Shown here: one piece after another, positions 29,090 through 39,166 of the stretch | Position numbering within the stretch: the stretch's first letter is position 1 | Layout of the letters: each line of letters begins with the position of its first letter | Source of the DNA: an uncultured bacterium | Lineage (GTDB): Bacteria > Chloroflexota > Anaerolineae > B4-G1 | Assembly (NCBI GenBank): GCA_965612745.1 | Contig: CBFDTD010000001.1 | Coordinates: 6,937-70,936, forward strand | DNA length: 64,000 bases | Direction of reading: 5' to 3' | Notes under the pieces: generated by a model | The model's input: the letters and a program-made list of their open reading frames with translations, nothing else | Told to the model about the DNA's origin: nothing | Databases searched by the model: none | Made by a program: the position numbers and the translations under genes

Positions 29090-30280
29090 ATGCGTCACAG
29101 AGAGCACAGAAGGCGGCTACGCACATTGACGTGGATCACGGCCGGGTTAGCAGCGGTGGCACTCATCTCGGGCGCGCTGGGCGGCTGTGGCGGCGGGATG
29201 GCGGCTGTGACCCCCACACCGACCCGCACCCCTGCGCCCCCTGCGCCAACGGTCACTCCGCTCCCAACCTCCACGCCCACACCTGCCTCCACCCCTACTC
29301 CCACCCTTACTCCCACCCCCACGCCGTGGCCCGAAAACGTCAACCCGCTCACCGGCGAGGTGGTGGATGACCCTAGCCTGCTGGATCGGGTGCCGGTGGC
29401 GATCAAGATCTCTAATTACCCACCCCAGTACGTGTGGCCTCAGGCCGGCATCAACAGCGCCGACCTGATCTTCGAGCACTACAACGAAGGCTGGTTCGCC
29501 ACCCGCTGGACGGCGGTCTACCTGGGGAAGGACCCGGAGCGTGTGGGGCCGGTGCGCAGTGGTCGCCTGATTGACCTGGAGATTCCGGCGATCTACAAGG
29601 CGGTCCTGGCCTGCTCCGGCTTCAGCAATGGCGTGCTGGAGTTGGTCAGGAACTCGGACCTTTACCCCGACCGGGTCGCCTCGCCCAGCGTAGGCGTCGG
29701 TGAGCCGGTTTTCTACCGCGACTTCAGCCGTGACGTGCCTCTGGAACACACGATGTATACCAGCCCGGCGCTGGTGCGCACCTGGGCGGCTGAGCACGGC
29801 GTCGGCGGACGGCAGCATCTGGAGGGAATGGTCTTCTCCGAGGAAGCGACGGTCGAAGGGGAGCCCGCCACCTACGTCTATATCCCCTGGCATCTGCTTG
29901 ACGCCGAGTGGCGCTACGACGAGGCCGGCGGGCGCTACCTGCGCTGGTCCGATGGAGTCCCGCACACCGATGCGCTCGACGGGCGGCAACTCAGCGCGGC
30001 CAACGTGGTGGTGCTCTACGTGCCGCAGTGGGACACGGACATCATCGAAGAGCCGCACAGTGGCGCACTCTCCATCCAGTTTGCGCTCTGGTACTCCAAC
30101 CGCGCCATCATCTTTCGCGATGGAGTGCGCATTGATGCTTTCTGGCAGCGCTGGGAACGGGAGGACATGCTGACACTGACGGACGAGAAGGGCAACCCGA
30201 TCCCGCTGAAGGTCGGCAACACCTTCTTCGAAGTCGTTCCGGCCGGGGAACGGGAAATCGAGATTGTCGTTAAACCGTAG
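29090..30280 (+). CDS. Lipoprotein with a Pro/Thr-rich linker and a DUF3048-like (YerB-type) domain
   Basis: A lipobox (LGGCGG) and a PT linker are present. The mature domain's resemblance to the DUF3048 family is from memory and is low-certainty. Confidence 0.5.
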   Translation: MRHREHRRRLRTLTWITAGLAAVALISGALGGCGGGMAAVTPTPTRTPAPPAPTVTPLPTSTPTPASTPTPTLTPTPTPWPENVNPLTGEVVDDPSLLDRVPVAIKISNYPPQYVWPQAGINSADLIFEHYNEGWFATRWTAVYLGKDPERVGPVRSGRLIDLEIPAIYKAVLACSGFSNGVLELVRNSDLYPDRVASPSVGVGEPVFYRDFSRDVPLEHTMYTSPALVRTWAAEHGVGGRQHLEGMVFSEEATVEGEPATYVYIPWHLLDAEWRYDEAGGRYLRWSDGVPHTDALDGRQLSAANVVVLYVPQWDTDIIEEPHSGALSIQFALWYSNRAIIFRDGVRIDAFWQRWEREDMLTLTDEKGNPIPLKVGNTFFEVVPAGEREIEIVVKP

Positions 30281-30306
30281 AACAAATTGCCGATTTGTTC
30301 CATCTA

Positions 30307-30870
30307 TTACTCCTCAAACTTCTCCACCTGGTAGGTGTACACTTTGAGGTCGGAATGGCGGTAGGCATCGGCGGGCAGGAGGGCTTTGAGACACAGGTGT
30401 TGCAGGAACTGGTGTGGGTCCGGTAGTTTCTCCCACACCTGGGGGAGGAAGGTGGCCCGGTTCCATCCACGCTCGATGACCACGCCGTCCACGCCTGGGC
30501 GCAACTTGGCGATGAGGTCGTCAGGGCCATCGTAAGATAGCGGCTGAGGGAGGCTCAAGACGGAAATCTCGATGTGCAGGTCATCTAGCTCCTCTGGACG
30601 CAGGGGGGGGAAGCGGGGGTCGCGGAAGGCCGCGCCCACAGCGTTTTCGCGCACGTCCAGTACCAACGGGCGGCGCGGCTCCAAAGAGCCGATGCAGCCC
30701 CGCAACGCGCCGTGCTTGGTCAGCGTGACGAAACTGGCTCCGTCACGCCGCAGGTCCTCCGAGACTGCCTCCAGGTCCACCGGCGGCAGTTCCCGGTGAT
30801 AAGCCGTGCGTGTGATCGTCTCCCGCGCCAGTTGGAGCAGATAGCGACGATCCTCTGGTGAAAGGGGCAT
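30307..30870 (-). CDS. AmmeMemoRadiSam system protein A (AMMECR1 domain)
   Basis: The AMMECR1 pattern (LRGCIGSLEPRRPL) is present, and the gene sits in the conserved three-gene context. Confidence 0.8.
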   Translation of the reverse strand: MPLSPEDRRYLLQLARETITRTAYHRELPPVDLEAVSEDLRRDGASFVTLTKHGALRGCIGSLEPRRPLVLDVRENAVGAAFRDPRFPPLRPEELDDLHIEISVLSLPQPLSYDGPDDLIAKLRPGVDGVVIERGWNRATFLPQVWEKLPDPHQFLQHLCLKALLPADAYRHSDLKVYTYQVEKFEE

Positions 30871-30900
30871 CGTAGTTCCCTCCTTATGTCGTTGGCGTTC

Positions 30901-31704
30901 TTAATCCGTGTACGCGACCGAGGCGTAGCCTACGACCTGCCATTTGTCGCCCGCCGTGTCGCCAGAATTGCGGTAGTCCAGTAAGTGGGGGCTCCAGCCC
31001 TTGCGGCGGGCAATCCCCATCAGCGTCACTATAGGGGCACGGCCACAGGCTTCGCCTCTCAACACCCCCATCTCGTCGCCGGCCAGCAACGCCTCCAGCA
31101 GGGCGTGATCCAATTGTCGGGCCTTAGCATAAGGGTAGAAGTGGCTCAGATCGCTGGAGACGACGATCAGATCGTCCTCACCGATATGATCGGCCAGTTC
31201 CCCGGCCACCTCCCGTGGGTCCACGTCGCCGAACAGCATAGGCACCAGCCGGAAATCCGGCAGCGTCATCTGGAGGAATGGCACCTCGACCTCAAGGCAG
31301 TGCTCAGGCGCGTGGGCCTCCGGGGCGTGGGTGTAGAACGGCGAACGTGCCACCATCTCCGCGACCCGGTCAACGGCAATGGGAGCGTCGCCTAGCGGGG
31401 TGCGAAAAGCGGAGTAGTCCCCCAGTGCCACGCCGCGGAAGTAGGCACGGTGGGCCGGCCCCAGTAGAAACACAGTCCACTTCTTCTGGGGCAGCGCGGC
31501 CAGCGCTTTGAAGGCATATCCGGCAGTAGGGCCGGAGTAAATGTAGCCGGCATGGGGTGCGATGATGGCGCGGACGGGTTCCAGGTCCTCAGGCACAGTG
31601 GCCATGTCGAGGTACTCCTGGATCATCTTGCGCAGCGTATCGGCGTCGCCAGGGTAAAACTGGCCGGCAACAGCCGGCCGACGGATGGGTAATTCACCTC
31701 TCAT
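30901..31704 (-). CDS. AmmeMemoRadiSam system protein B (Memo-like)
   Basis: The Memo family pattern (PAVAGQFYPG...IIAPHAGYIYSGPTAGYAF) is present. The start was set at MRGEL after the ggagg RBS. Confidence 0.8.
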   Translation of the reverse strand: MRGELPIRRPAVAGQFYPGDADTLRKMIQEYLDMATVPEDLEPVRAIIAPHAGYIYSGPTAGYAFKALAALPQKKWTVFLLGPAHRAYFRGVALGDYSAFRTPLGDAPIAVDRVAEMVARSPFYTHAPEAHAPEHCLEVEVPFLQMTLPDFRLVPMLFGDVDPREVAGELADHIGEDDLIVVSSDLSHFYPYAKARQLDHALLEALLAGDEMGVLRGEACGRAPIVTLMGIARRKGWSPHLLDYRNSGDTAGDKWQVVGYASVAYTD

Positions 31705-31739
31705 AACCCACCTCCTCAATCTTGACGTCCCCTTCCGGA

Positions 31740-31850
31740 GGCCCCGCTTCAGCGGGGATTTTCCGGCTGAAGCCGGACGTTCCACTCCGGCGGGCTCGCT
31801 TCAGCGGTGATTTTCCGGCTGAAGCCGGACGTCCCACTGATTTTAGCATA
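31740..31850. repeat. Two tandem REP-like double-hairpin units (ccccgcttcagcgggg / ccggctgaagccgg)
   Basis: These are family copies of 6128-6186 and 56802-56850. Confidence 0.5.
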
Positions 31851-32091
31851 AATATCGTGACTACTCAGCCACCCCGCCGAACTCAGAATCGGACGCAGAT
31901 TCGCGCAGATTTTCGCAGATAAGATCAAAAAATCAGCGTTTATCAGCGTTCATCTGCGTCCTAAAGAATACGTTTCAACGCTCTGCCTGGGGATGGCTGG
32001 GCAGTTACTAAATATCTTTAAATCGCAGTTCGATTTTCAGTAGTGCCGGTCCAGGGTGGTATCGCTGCAATGCAGGCATACCTCTGATTTT

Positions 32092-33114
32092 CTACGCCCA
32101 TACTCCCGCGATCGAATATCCGCATTTAGGGCACATCCCGCGTTCGGTCCATAACTCCCTCACACTGTACCAGCGGCGCTGGATCAGTTTTTGCCCGCAC
32201 TGGGGACAATACGTGCTCTCCCGATCCGCATCCATCACGTTGCCCACGTAGACGTAGTGCAATCCGGCCTGTTTGCCGATCTCGTAGGCGCGGGCCAGCG
32301 TGCGCTGAGAAGTCGGCGGTCGGTCGAGCATCTGATAAGCGGGGCGAAAGGCAGTGATGTGCCAGGGCATCTCCGGGTCCACCTCTGCCAGCCACTCCGC
32401 CGTCGCTCGCAGTTCCTCTTCGGAGTCATTGAGCCCGGGGATCAGCAGCGTGGTGACCTCGATCCAAATATTGGTCTCGCGGGCGATATGGGCGATGTTG
32501 CGCTTGACCGGTTCCAACCGCGCCTGGCACTGCTCGCGGTAGAACCCCTCGGTGAACGCTTTCAGGTCCACGTTGATGCCGTCCAAATAAGGCTCAATCA
32601 TATCGAGCGCCGCCTGTGACATATAGCCGTTGGAGACGTAGACGTTTTTGATCCCGTGCTCGTGGGCCAGTTTTGCGGTGTCGTAGGTGTATTCAAAGGA
32701 GACAGTGGGCTCGTTATAAGTGTAGGCGATCATCGGGATATGGTCTCTGAGACAGGTATTGACAAGCGCCTCAGGCGGTGCATGTTGTCCCAGATAGTCG
32801 CGCTGATCGTCAAAGTCGCGTATCTGTGACATCTGCCAGTTCTGACAGAAGGGACAGCGAAAGTTACAGCCATAGGTACCGATGGAAAGGATATCGCCAC
32901 GGGGCATGAAGTGGAAAAGAGGCTTCTTTTCAATGGGGTCTACGTGGACCGCGATAGCCTCTCCGTAGACAACCAGGTAGAGTGTGCCATCAATGTTCCG
33001 GCGCACACCGCACTTGCCTGCCTCGCCTGGCTTGACAGCGCAGAAGTGCTCGCAGACCTGGCACTGCACAACGTCGCCCGAAAGCGGTTTGAGGAGATAG
33101 GCTTCCTTACGCAT
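32092..33114 (-). CDS. AmmeMemoRadiSam system radical SAM enzyme
   Basis: The CxxxCxxC pattern (CNFRCPFCQNW) is present, and there is an N-terminal Cys-rich region (CQVCEHFC...C). Confidence 0.85.
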   Translation of the reverse strand: MRKEAYLLKPLSGDVVQCQVCEHFCAVKPGEAGKCGVRRNIDGTLYLVVYGEAIAVHVDPIEKKPLFHFMPRGDILSIGTYGCNFRCPFCQNWQMSQIRDFDDQRDYLGQHAPPEALVNTCLRDHIPMIAYTYNEPTVSFEYTYDTAKLAHEHGIKNVYVSNGYMSQAALDMIEPYLDGINVDLKAFTEGFYREQCQARLEPVKRNIAHIARETNIWIEVTTLLIPGLNDSEEELRATAEWLAEVDPEMPWHITAFRPAYQMLDRPPTSQRTLARAYEIGKQAGLHYVYVGNVMDADRESTYCPQCGQKLIQRRWYSVRELWTERGMCPKCGYSIAGVWA

Positions 33115-33131
33115 TAGATACCCCTGTAATG

Positions 33132-34115
33132 TTATGGTTTATGTGCCAGCGCCACCGCCGCTGCCCCTAACACCCCCACGTCTTTACCCAATTTGGCCTG
33201 CACGACCTGCACCGTTTGCGCCTGTGCACGAAAGGCACGTCGGTCAATGGCGCGTCGCACCGGCCCGAAGAGCAGTTCCCCGATGTTCGTCAACCCGCCA
33301 CCGATGACGATGAGTTCCGGGTTGAACAGGTTGACCAGGTTGGCCATCCCTATCCCCAGATAGTTCATCGCCTCGGCCAGGATTTCCCGTGCTTCCGCGT
33401 CTCCCTGGTGGGCAGCCTCGGCCACCAGTTTGGCCGTGATGCGTTCCGGGTCACCTGCTGCCAGATCGGCCATCAGCGTCGGTACGCCGCGAGCCACGCG
33501 CTCGCGTGCCTGGCGTGCGATGGCTGTGCCAGAGGCCAGCGCCTCCAGGCAGCCTCGATTCCCGCAGCCGCAAAGCGGGCCGTAGGGCACGATAGTCATA
33601 TGACCAATCTCGCCCGCCATTCCGCTGGCCCCGTGGTACAGTTTCCCATCGAGAATCAATCCGCCGCCGATGCCGGTGCTAACTGTGACGTAGATCATAT
33701 GTTGTCTCCCCCGCCCAGCACCGAAGCGATGCTCGCCCAACGCCGCTGCGTTGGCGTCGTTCTCTAGAAATGTCGTGATCCCTAGGGCATCCTCAATTAT
33801 TCGCTTAAGGGGCACGCGATCCCAGCCGGGCAGGTTAGGTGGGGCCACCAGTACACCTGCTTCGATGTCCAGGGGGCCTGGCGCACCGATGCCCACCGCT
33901 GCCACCTGTGCTTGAGTCACTTCTGCCTGTGCTATCACCCGGCGAGCACTGTCCAGCATACGTTCGATGACTGCCTCCTGACCCTCCGCCGCCTGGGTCT
34001 CCCGGTAGTCACGGGCCATGATCCTTCCGACACTGTCTATCAGGGCAGTGCTGATTTTAGTGCCGCCCAGGTCAATGCCGATGACCGGTTGTTTGGAAAG
34101 CATAACATTCTCCAA
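33132..34115 (-). CDS. ROK-family sugar kinase (glucokinase-like)
   Basis: The N-terminal IGIDLGGTK motif and a ROK zinc motif (CGCGNRGCLE) are present. Confidence 0.8.
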   Translation of the reverse strand: MENVMLSKQPVIGIDLGGTKISTALIDSVGRIMARDYRETQAAEGQEAVIERMLDSARRVIAQAEVTQAQVAAVGIGAPGPLDIEAGVLVAPPNLPGWDRVPLKRIIEDALGITTFLENDANAAALGEHRFGAGRGRQHMIYVTVSTGIGGGLILDGKLYHGASGMAGEIGHMTIVPYGPLCGCGNRGCLEALASGTAIARQARERVARGVPTLMADLAAGDPERITAKLVAEAAHQGDAEAREILAEAMNYLGIGMANLVNLFNPELIVIGGGLTNIGELLFGPVRRAIDRRAFRAQAQTVQVVQAKLGKDVGVLGAAAVALAHKP

Positions 34116-34148
34116 TCTTATCTTCGGCCCGGCGTAGATTGATACATT

Positions 34149-34703
34149 TTAAAAGCCCAGCCAGCGCAGCGGAGCGTAGAGAATGTCCGGATAGTTCGCA
34201 TCCATATACCAGACGAGTGCGAGCAGCGCCCCGCATAATATCAACGCTGCCAGACACCCGCACCCAACCCACAGCCATGTTTTACTTTTCTCCTCCTCCT
34301 CGGCTGGCGGTGCAGGCTCGAAGGTTGGAGGGGGCGGGGTGTAACTCGGTGGCGGCGGCACAGCAGTAGGTTGCCCGACGATGGTCTCGGTCGCATCTAT
34401 ATCTGCTCCATAATAGGTCAACGTCACGGCGTCACCCAGGCCGATCACGTCACCGTTGGCCAGCGTGTGTGGGCCGGTCAAGCGCATCCCGTTGACAAAG
34501 GTACCGTTTGTGCTCCCCAGGTCCTCAATCACCATCAGCCCCCCCTGGCGGGTGATACGTGCATGCTGTCGCGAAACCTGCGGATTGCCGATCACAATAT
34601 CGTTGCCCGGGTCCCGCCCCAGACTGATGGAGTCTTTGTTCAGAGGAAACGTTCGCCCTGGTTCAGGGCCTTGACTCATCACCAGCCGAAAACTATCCGT
34701 CAT
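34149..34703 (-). CDS. FHA-domain protein with a Pro-rich linker and a C-terminal TM helix
   Basis: The FHA pattern (SLGRDPGNDIVIG...VSRQHARI...TNGTFVNG) is present. The start was set at MTDSF after the gaggagg RBS. Confidence 0.7.
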   Translation of the reverse strand: MTDSFRLVMSQGPEPGRTFPLNKDSISLGRDPGNDIVIGNPQVSRQHARITRQGGLMVIEDLGSTNGTFVNGMRLTGPHTLANGDVIGLGDAVTLTYYGADIDATETIVGQPTAVPPPPSYTPPPPTFEPAPPAEEEEKSKTWLWVGCGCLAALILCGALLALVWYMDANYPDILYAPLRWLGF

Positions 34704-34952
34704 CGCCTTCCTCCTCATTGGGTTGGTAGTCGGTGTGAAACGTAACGGGAGTCCCGACTTCAGCCGGGAAATCCTCGATAAATCAGGGTTTCCGTCGTGT
34801 TTTGCACCGCAAACCAGGTTACGTTTTATTCCTTACGCCGTGCTTTCAGTATATGACGATTGCACCCGCTTGTCAACCCCACCACCTGTGGTACACTTGT
34901 CACCACCGGCATTTGCTCATTGTTTCACTATATCATTGTAATGGGGTGTTCT

Positions 34953-36011
34953 ATGCCTATCGTAGATGCCCACGAGGATATTGCCTGGAATGCGCTCGTC
35001 TTAGGCCGTGACGTGCGTCGCAGCGCACTTGAGACCCGCCGTCTGGAGCAGGATACCGATGTCCCTCAACGCAACGGCCTCTGCATGGTGGGCCTGCCTG
35101 AGTGGCTGACCGGTGGCGTGGCGATCGTCTGTGGCTCTATCTTCGTCTCGCCAGCCCGCCGGGGCTTCCCGGAGTCCCACACCTACGCCACCCTCGAAGA
35201 GGCTCACGTGCTGGCCCAGGCGCAACTCGATTTCTACCACCGCCTGGCCGACGAGTGTGACCAGATTGCGCTGATTGGCGCCTGTGCCGACCTTGATGCT
35301 GTGCTGACCGGTTGGGAGGGCGAGACCCCTCAGGTGGGTCTTATCCCGCTGATGGAGGGTGCAGATCCCATTCGCGAGCCCGCCGAGGCCGAGCAGTGGT
35401 TCGAGCGTGGCGTGCGGCTGGTGGGCCTCTCGTGGAAGACTGGTTCCCGCTACGCTGGCGGTGATGCCGTCCCCGGCCCTCTCACCGACGCTGGCCGCGA
35501 ACTTCTTGAGATGATGGCTGACCTGGGCCTGATTCTGGACGTGAGCCATCTGGCCGAGGAAGCATTTTTTGAGGTGGTGGATCGCTTTGAAGGCCGCATC
35601 GTCGCCACCCACGCCAATCCCCGCGCCCGTGTGCCCGGTCCCCGCCAACTCTCCGATGAGATGATCCGCCGCCTGGTCGAGCGGGATGGCGTCATCGGCA
35701 TCGTGCCCTTCAACCGTTTCCTGCGGCCCGACTGGGCGAAGGGCGACCCCAAGGAGGCCGTCACCGTTGCCGACGTGGCTGCGGCCGTAGACCACGTCTG
35801 TCAAGTGGTGGGGGACGCGGCCCACGTGGGATTGGGTTCCGATTTCGACGGCGGCTTTGGGGCCGAGAGTGTCCCGGCTGAGATAGACACCGTCGCCGAT
35901 CTGGCCCGTATTGGCCCGGCGCTGGCCGAGATGGGGTACGATGAGGGAGACATTGCCGCCATCCTGGGAGACAACTGGCTGCGTGTCCTGCGGGACGCGC
36001 TGCCGGAGTGA
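34953..36011 (+). CDS. Membrane (renal-type) dipeptidase, peptidase family M19
   Basis: The M19 pattern is present (N-terminal PIVDAHED; ...VSHLAEEAFFEV...THANPRA...). The start was set at MPIVD. Confidence 0.8.
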   Translation: MPIVDAHEDIAWNALVLGRDVRRSALETRRLEQDTDVPQRNGLCMVGLPEWLTGGVAIVCGSIFVSPARRGFPESHTYATLEEAHVLAQAQLDFYHRLADECDQIALIGACADLDAVLTGWEGETPQVGLIPLMEGADPIREPAEAEQWFERGVRLVGLSWKTGSRYAGGDAVPGPLTDAGRELLEMMADLGLILDVSHLAEEAFFEVVDRFEGRIVATHANPRARVPGPRQLSDEMIRRLVERDGVIGIVPFNRFLRPDWAKGDPKEAVTVADVAAAVDHVCQVVGDAAHVGLGSDFDGGFGAESVPAEIDTVADLARIGPALAEMGYDEGDIAAILGDNWLRVLRDALPE

Positions 36012-36232
36012 GAATACGGGTTTCAGGACATCAACGGATGGCGGTGCATTTCGAGTGGGCGTTCCTCCTGGACGGATGCCATTGGCGCTTTCAGGTGGAG
36101 AGGTGAGCGTTTAATTTGCCTTCTTATCCTGTCTGTGCTAAAATATTTTCGATCCCGGAGTCTGGCGATCCTTGAAAACGCACAAATTTGGATAGGATGC
36201 AGATTCTTGTGGGCTTCGCACGCAGATTCTCT

Positions 36233-36316
36233 TAATCCGTTACCGTCCTGTGATCCGCTGTTCTAATGCTCCGCAGGCGTAATCCGTTACCGTCCTGTAA
36301 TCCGCTGTTCTGATGC
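36233..36316 (+). repeat. 37-bp direct duplication (taatccgttaccgtcctgtRatccgctgttctRatgc) x2 with a 10-bp spacer. The second copy contains the trmD start codon. The first copy's ATG opens a 15-codon uORF (36266..36313) whose TGA overlaps the trmD ATG (TGATG).
   Basis: The duplication and the reading frame were read codon by codon. Confidence 0.7.
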
Positions 36317-37041
36317 ATTTTGACGTCCTCACCCTCTTCCCCGCGATGTTTCGCGGCCCTTTGGAAGAGAGCATCCTCAAACGGGCCCAGGAAAGCGGCC
36401 GCGTTTCCATTGCGCTGCACAACATCCGCGACTACGCGCCCGACAAGCACCACGTCACCGATGATGCCCCCTATGGCGGCGGAGGCGGGATGGTGATGAA
36501 GCCGGAGCCCATCTTCGCCGCCGTCGAGGCGATCCTGGCAGGGGAGACGGAGGTGCCCATCATTCTCCTGACCCCTCAGGGGCGGCTCTTTACGCAGGCC
36601 GTCGCTACGGAACTCTCCCGCCACCGGCGTATCGTCCTCATCTGTGGGCGATACGAGGGAGTGGACGAGCGGGTGCGGCAACACCTGGCGACCGATGAGA
36701 TATCCATCGGTGATTACGTACTCACCGGCGGCGAGTTGGCCGCGATGGTCATCATTGATGCCGTGACCCGACTGCTGCCGGGTGTATTGGGGGACCCTGG
36801 CGCTACTTTTGATGATTCCCATGCTCGCGGGTTACTGGAAGGACCACAGTACACCCGTCCGGCCGTCTTCCGCGGCTGGGAGGTGCCGGAGATACTCCGT
36901 TCTGGAAACCACGCTGCCATCGCCCGCTGGCGTCGTGAGCAGGCTCTCCGTCGCACCTTCGAGCGGCGACCCGATCTGCTGGAGCGGGCCGAGTTGACCC
37001 CCCAGGATCGGGAGTTCCTGGCGCGGTTGGCGGAGCGATAA
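36313..37041 (+). CDS. trmD: tRNA (guanine37-N1)-methyltransferase
   Basis: The N-terminus [13 protein letters not shown] and the TrmD SPOUT pattern are present. Confidence 0.9.
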   Translation: MHFDVLTLFPAMFRGPLEESILKRAQESGRVSIALHNIRDYAPDKHHVTDDAPYGGGGGMVMKPEPIFAAVEAILAGETEVPIILLTPQGRLFTQAVATELSRHRRIVLICGRYEGVDERVRQHLATDEISIGDYVLTGGELAAMVIIDAVTRLLPGVLGDPGATFDDSHARGLLEGPQYTRPAVFRGWEVPEILRSGNHAAIARWRREQALRRTFERRPDLLERAELTPQDREFLARLAER

Positions 37042-37100
37042 TTTGAACCTTTTGTGGCCAATGTGAGTATATAAATTGGGTTAATCCATCTGGAGGACGG

Positions 37101-37688
37101 ATGGCCATACGGCACGCAGATGGCTGGCTTATCGCCCGTCTGCAGGAGGGCGATATCGAAGCCCTGGGCGAGCTTTACGAAAGGTACAAAATCCAGGTCT
37201 ATCGCACGGCCCTGGCGATAACTCACGATGAGCAGATGGCGGAGGATATTCTGCAAGAGACCTTCCTCCGCATCTATGCTTATGCCGACCGCATTGATGA
37301 GACCCTGCCATTGGGGCCCTGGCTCTATCGCGTTACCGTCAATCTGGCTTACAGTTGGATCGGGCGGGCCAGGCTGTGGCTGAATTCTATCGAGGGCCTT
37401 CTGGAGCATTTGCTCGTTCCGACATATGAGCAGCCCGAGTGTTGGGTGGAGGAAGCGGAGCGCCAACACATCTTACAACGTGCTATCGAGGCCCTGCCGC
37501 TGAATCAGCGGGTGGTTGTGGTCCTGTATTACTTGGAGGGATTGAGTCTGAAAGAGATCGCCTACGTGATAGATGTTCCAGAAGGGACGGTCAAGTCGCG
37601 TCTTCACTATGCCCGTGAGAGCCTGAGAAAAGCCGTTTTGGAGCGGGAGCGCAGGTTGGTGCCCGAGGTGGCGTATGACTTCACGTAG
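37101..37688 (+). CDS. ECF-family RNA polymerase sigma factor
   Basis: Sigma region 2 (ETFLRIYAY) and region 4 (LEGLSLKEIAYVIDVPEGTVKSRL) are present. Confidence 0.85.
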   Translation: MAIRHADGWLIARLQEGDIEALGELYERYKIQVYRTALAITHDEQMAEDILQETFLRIYAYADRIDETLPLGPWLYRVTVNLAYSWIGRARLWLNSIEGLLEHLLVPTYEQPECWVEEAERQHILQRAIEALPLNQRVVVVLYYLEGLSLKEIAYVIDVPEGTVKSRLHYARESLRKAVLERERRLVPEVAYDFT

Positions 37689-38019
37689 GAGTGGATTGGA
37701 TAGACGTTCTGCGGACGAACTGGACAGTTTGATCCATTGGGCACTGCGGGAAAGGGTAGCCGGGGCTTACCCTTCGCCGCGTGTGTGGGAACGCATCCGT
37801 GCGCTTGTAGAGCGACCAACGATGTGGAGACTGATGGCACTCAGATTCTCCAGAGGCTATTTGGCAGTGATGGCGCAACTATCCAGAGTGGACGCGTTTC
37901 TCTCTGCGCAGGTTGCTTCATGGACATGGCCTGAGAGCGGGTGGGTGGAATGGAGAGGGGATTCTTCCTCCGTGCGCTTTCTTGATCAGTACGCCTTTCT
38001 ACTGCAGTTGGCGTTTTAG
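37675..38019 (+). CDS. Hypothetical protein, a possible anti-sigma factor partner (it overlaps the sigma factor stop codon)
   Basis: The call rests on position only. No recognisable motif was found. Confidence 0.3.
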   Translation: MTSRRSGLDRRSADELDSLIHWALRERVAGAYPSPRVWERIRALVERPTMWRLMALRFSRGYLAVMAQLSRVDAFLSAQVASWTWPESGWVEWRGDSSSVRFLDQYAFLLQLAF

Positions 38020-38070
38020 ATGTCCTGCGCGGGCAGGGTCTGATGACGTAGAGATGTGGTGTTTTTTAGG

Positions 38071-38098
38071 TTGCACTTTTACAATAATTGGGTATAAT
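38071..38098 (+). promoter_or_regulatory. Candidate sigma70 promoter (TTGCAC, 16 nt, TATAAT) upstream of the ABC transporter operon
   Basis: The hexamers are read directly. Confidence 0.35.
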
Positions 38099-38146
38099 GT
38101 GGCGCAGGTTCTGCATTAAGTTATTGTACTTTCCCAAAGGGGTGTT

Positions 38147-39166
38147 ATGTCTGACCAGCAACGAAACCGATCTTCTAACATCTTGCTTGATATAAGAGGC
38201 CTTACTACCCGTTTCTACACTGAGGACGGGGTAGTACATGCCGTCAATGGGATCTCCTACACCATGCAGGAGGGGGATACGCTAGGAGTCGTCGGCGAGA
38301 GCGGTTGCGGCAAGAGCGTCCACGCCCTCTCAATTATGCGCCTCATCCCCAGTCCCCCGGGCAGAATCGAAGAGGGGGAGGTCTGGTTCGACGGGCGTGA
38401 CCTGTTAAAGGTGAGCGAAGCGGATATGCACCGCGTGCGTGGGGCAGAGATCGCCATGGTCTTTCAGGACCCAATGACCTCTCTCAACCCGGTGTACACC
38501 GTCGGCTTCCAGATTATGGAGGCGCTCAAACTTCACCAGGGGATGGACGAGGCACAGGCGCGGGAACGAGCCGGGGAACTGCTGGCGATGGTCGGCATTC
38601 CGGAGGCCCGTGAACGGCTGAATGACTATCCCCACCAATTCTCCGGCGGCATGCGGCAGCGGGCGATGATTGCTATGGCCCTCTCCTGCAACCCTAAACT
38701 CCTTATCGCCGACGAGCCAACCACTGCCCTGGACGTCACCATCCAGGCCCAGATCGTGGACTTGGTGAAGCGGCTTCAGGAGAAACTGGGGATGGCGGTG
38801 ATGTGGATCACTCACGACCTGGGAATCGTGGCCGGACTGGCAAAGAAGGTCAACGTTATGTACGCTGGCTACATCGTCGAGCGCGGCAACGTGAAGGACA
38901 TCTACGGGCGACCGCGCCACCCCTACACGATGGGGTTGCTGGGGTCGCTGCCCCGGCTGGACGAAGCACCGGGCACCAAACTGATCTCCATCCCGGGTCT
39001 GCCACCCGATCTGATTGACCTGCCACCGGGCTGCCCCTTCGCTGCCCGATGTACTTACGCGGTAGACCAGTGTTTAGAAGAAATGCCGCCGCTAGAGGAG
39101 ACGGATGGGGAGGATCACACTGTGGCCTGCTGGCGGTGGGAAGACGTCGCAGGGGAGAGAGCATAA
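38147..39166 (+). CDS. Peptide/nickel ABC transporter ATP-binding protein (OppD/DppD-like)
   Basis: Walker A (GESGCGKS), the signature motif (FSGGMRQR) and a C-terminal oligopeptide-type extension are present. Confidence 0.85.
   Translation: MSDQQRNRSSNILLDIRGLTTRFYTEDGVVHAVNGISYTMQEGDTLGVVGESGCGKSVHALSIMRLIPSPPGRIEEGEVWFDGRDLLKVSEADMHRVRGAEIAMVFQDPMTSLNPVYTVGFQIMEALKLHQGMDEAQARERAGELLAMVGIPEARERLNDYPHQFSGGMRQRAMIAMALSCNPKLLIADEPTTALDVTIQAQIVDLVKRLQEKLGMAVMWITHDLGIVAGLAKKVNVMYAGYIVERGNVKDIYGRPRHPYTMGLLGSLPRLDEAPGTKLISIPGLPPDLIDLPPGCPFAARCTYAVDQCLEEMPPLEETDGEDHTVACWRWEDVAGERA

Noticed and set aside
26667-29126. The full 819-aa ORF-track reading of the MTase-like gene, which starts at 29126 and overlaps the divergent lipoprotein gene start
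   Set aside because: The first roughly 50 residues (MCVAAFCALCDAYCLTSAWVCQDVVHYS...) look like translated promoter DNA. A later GTG start at 28976 was preferred, which removes the overlap. The start remains uncertain.
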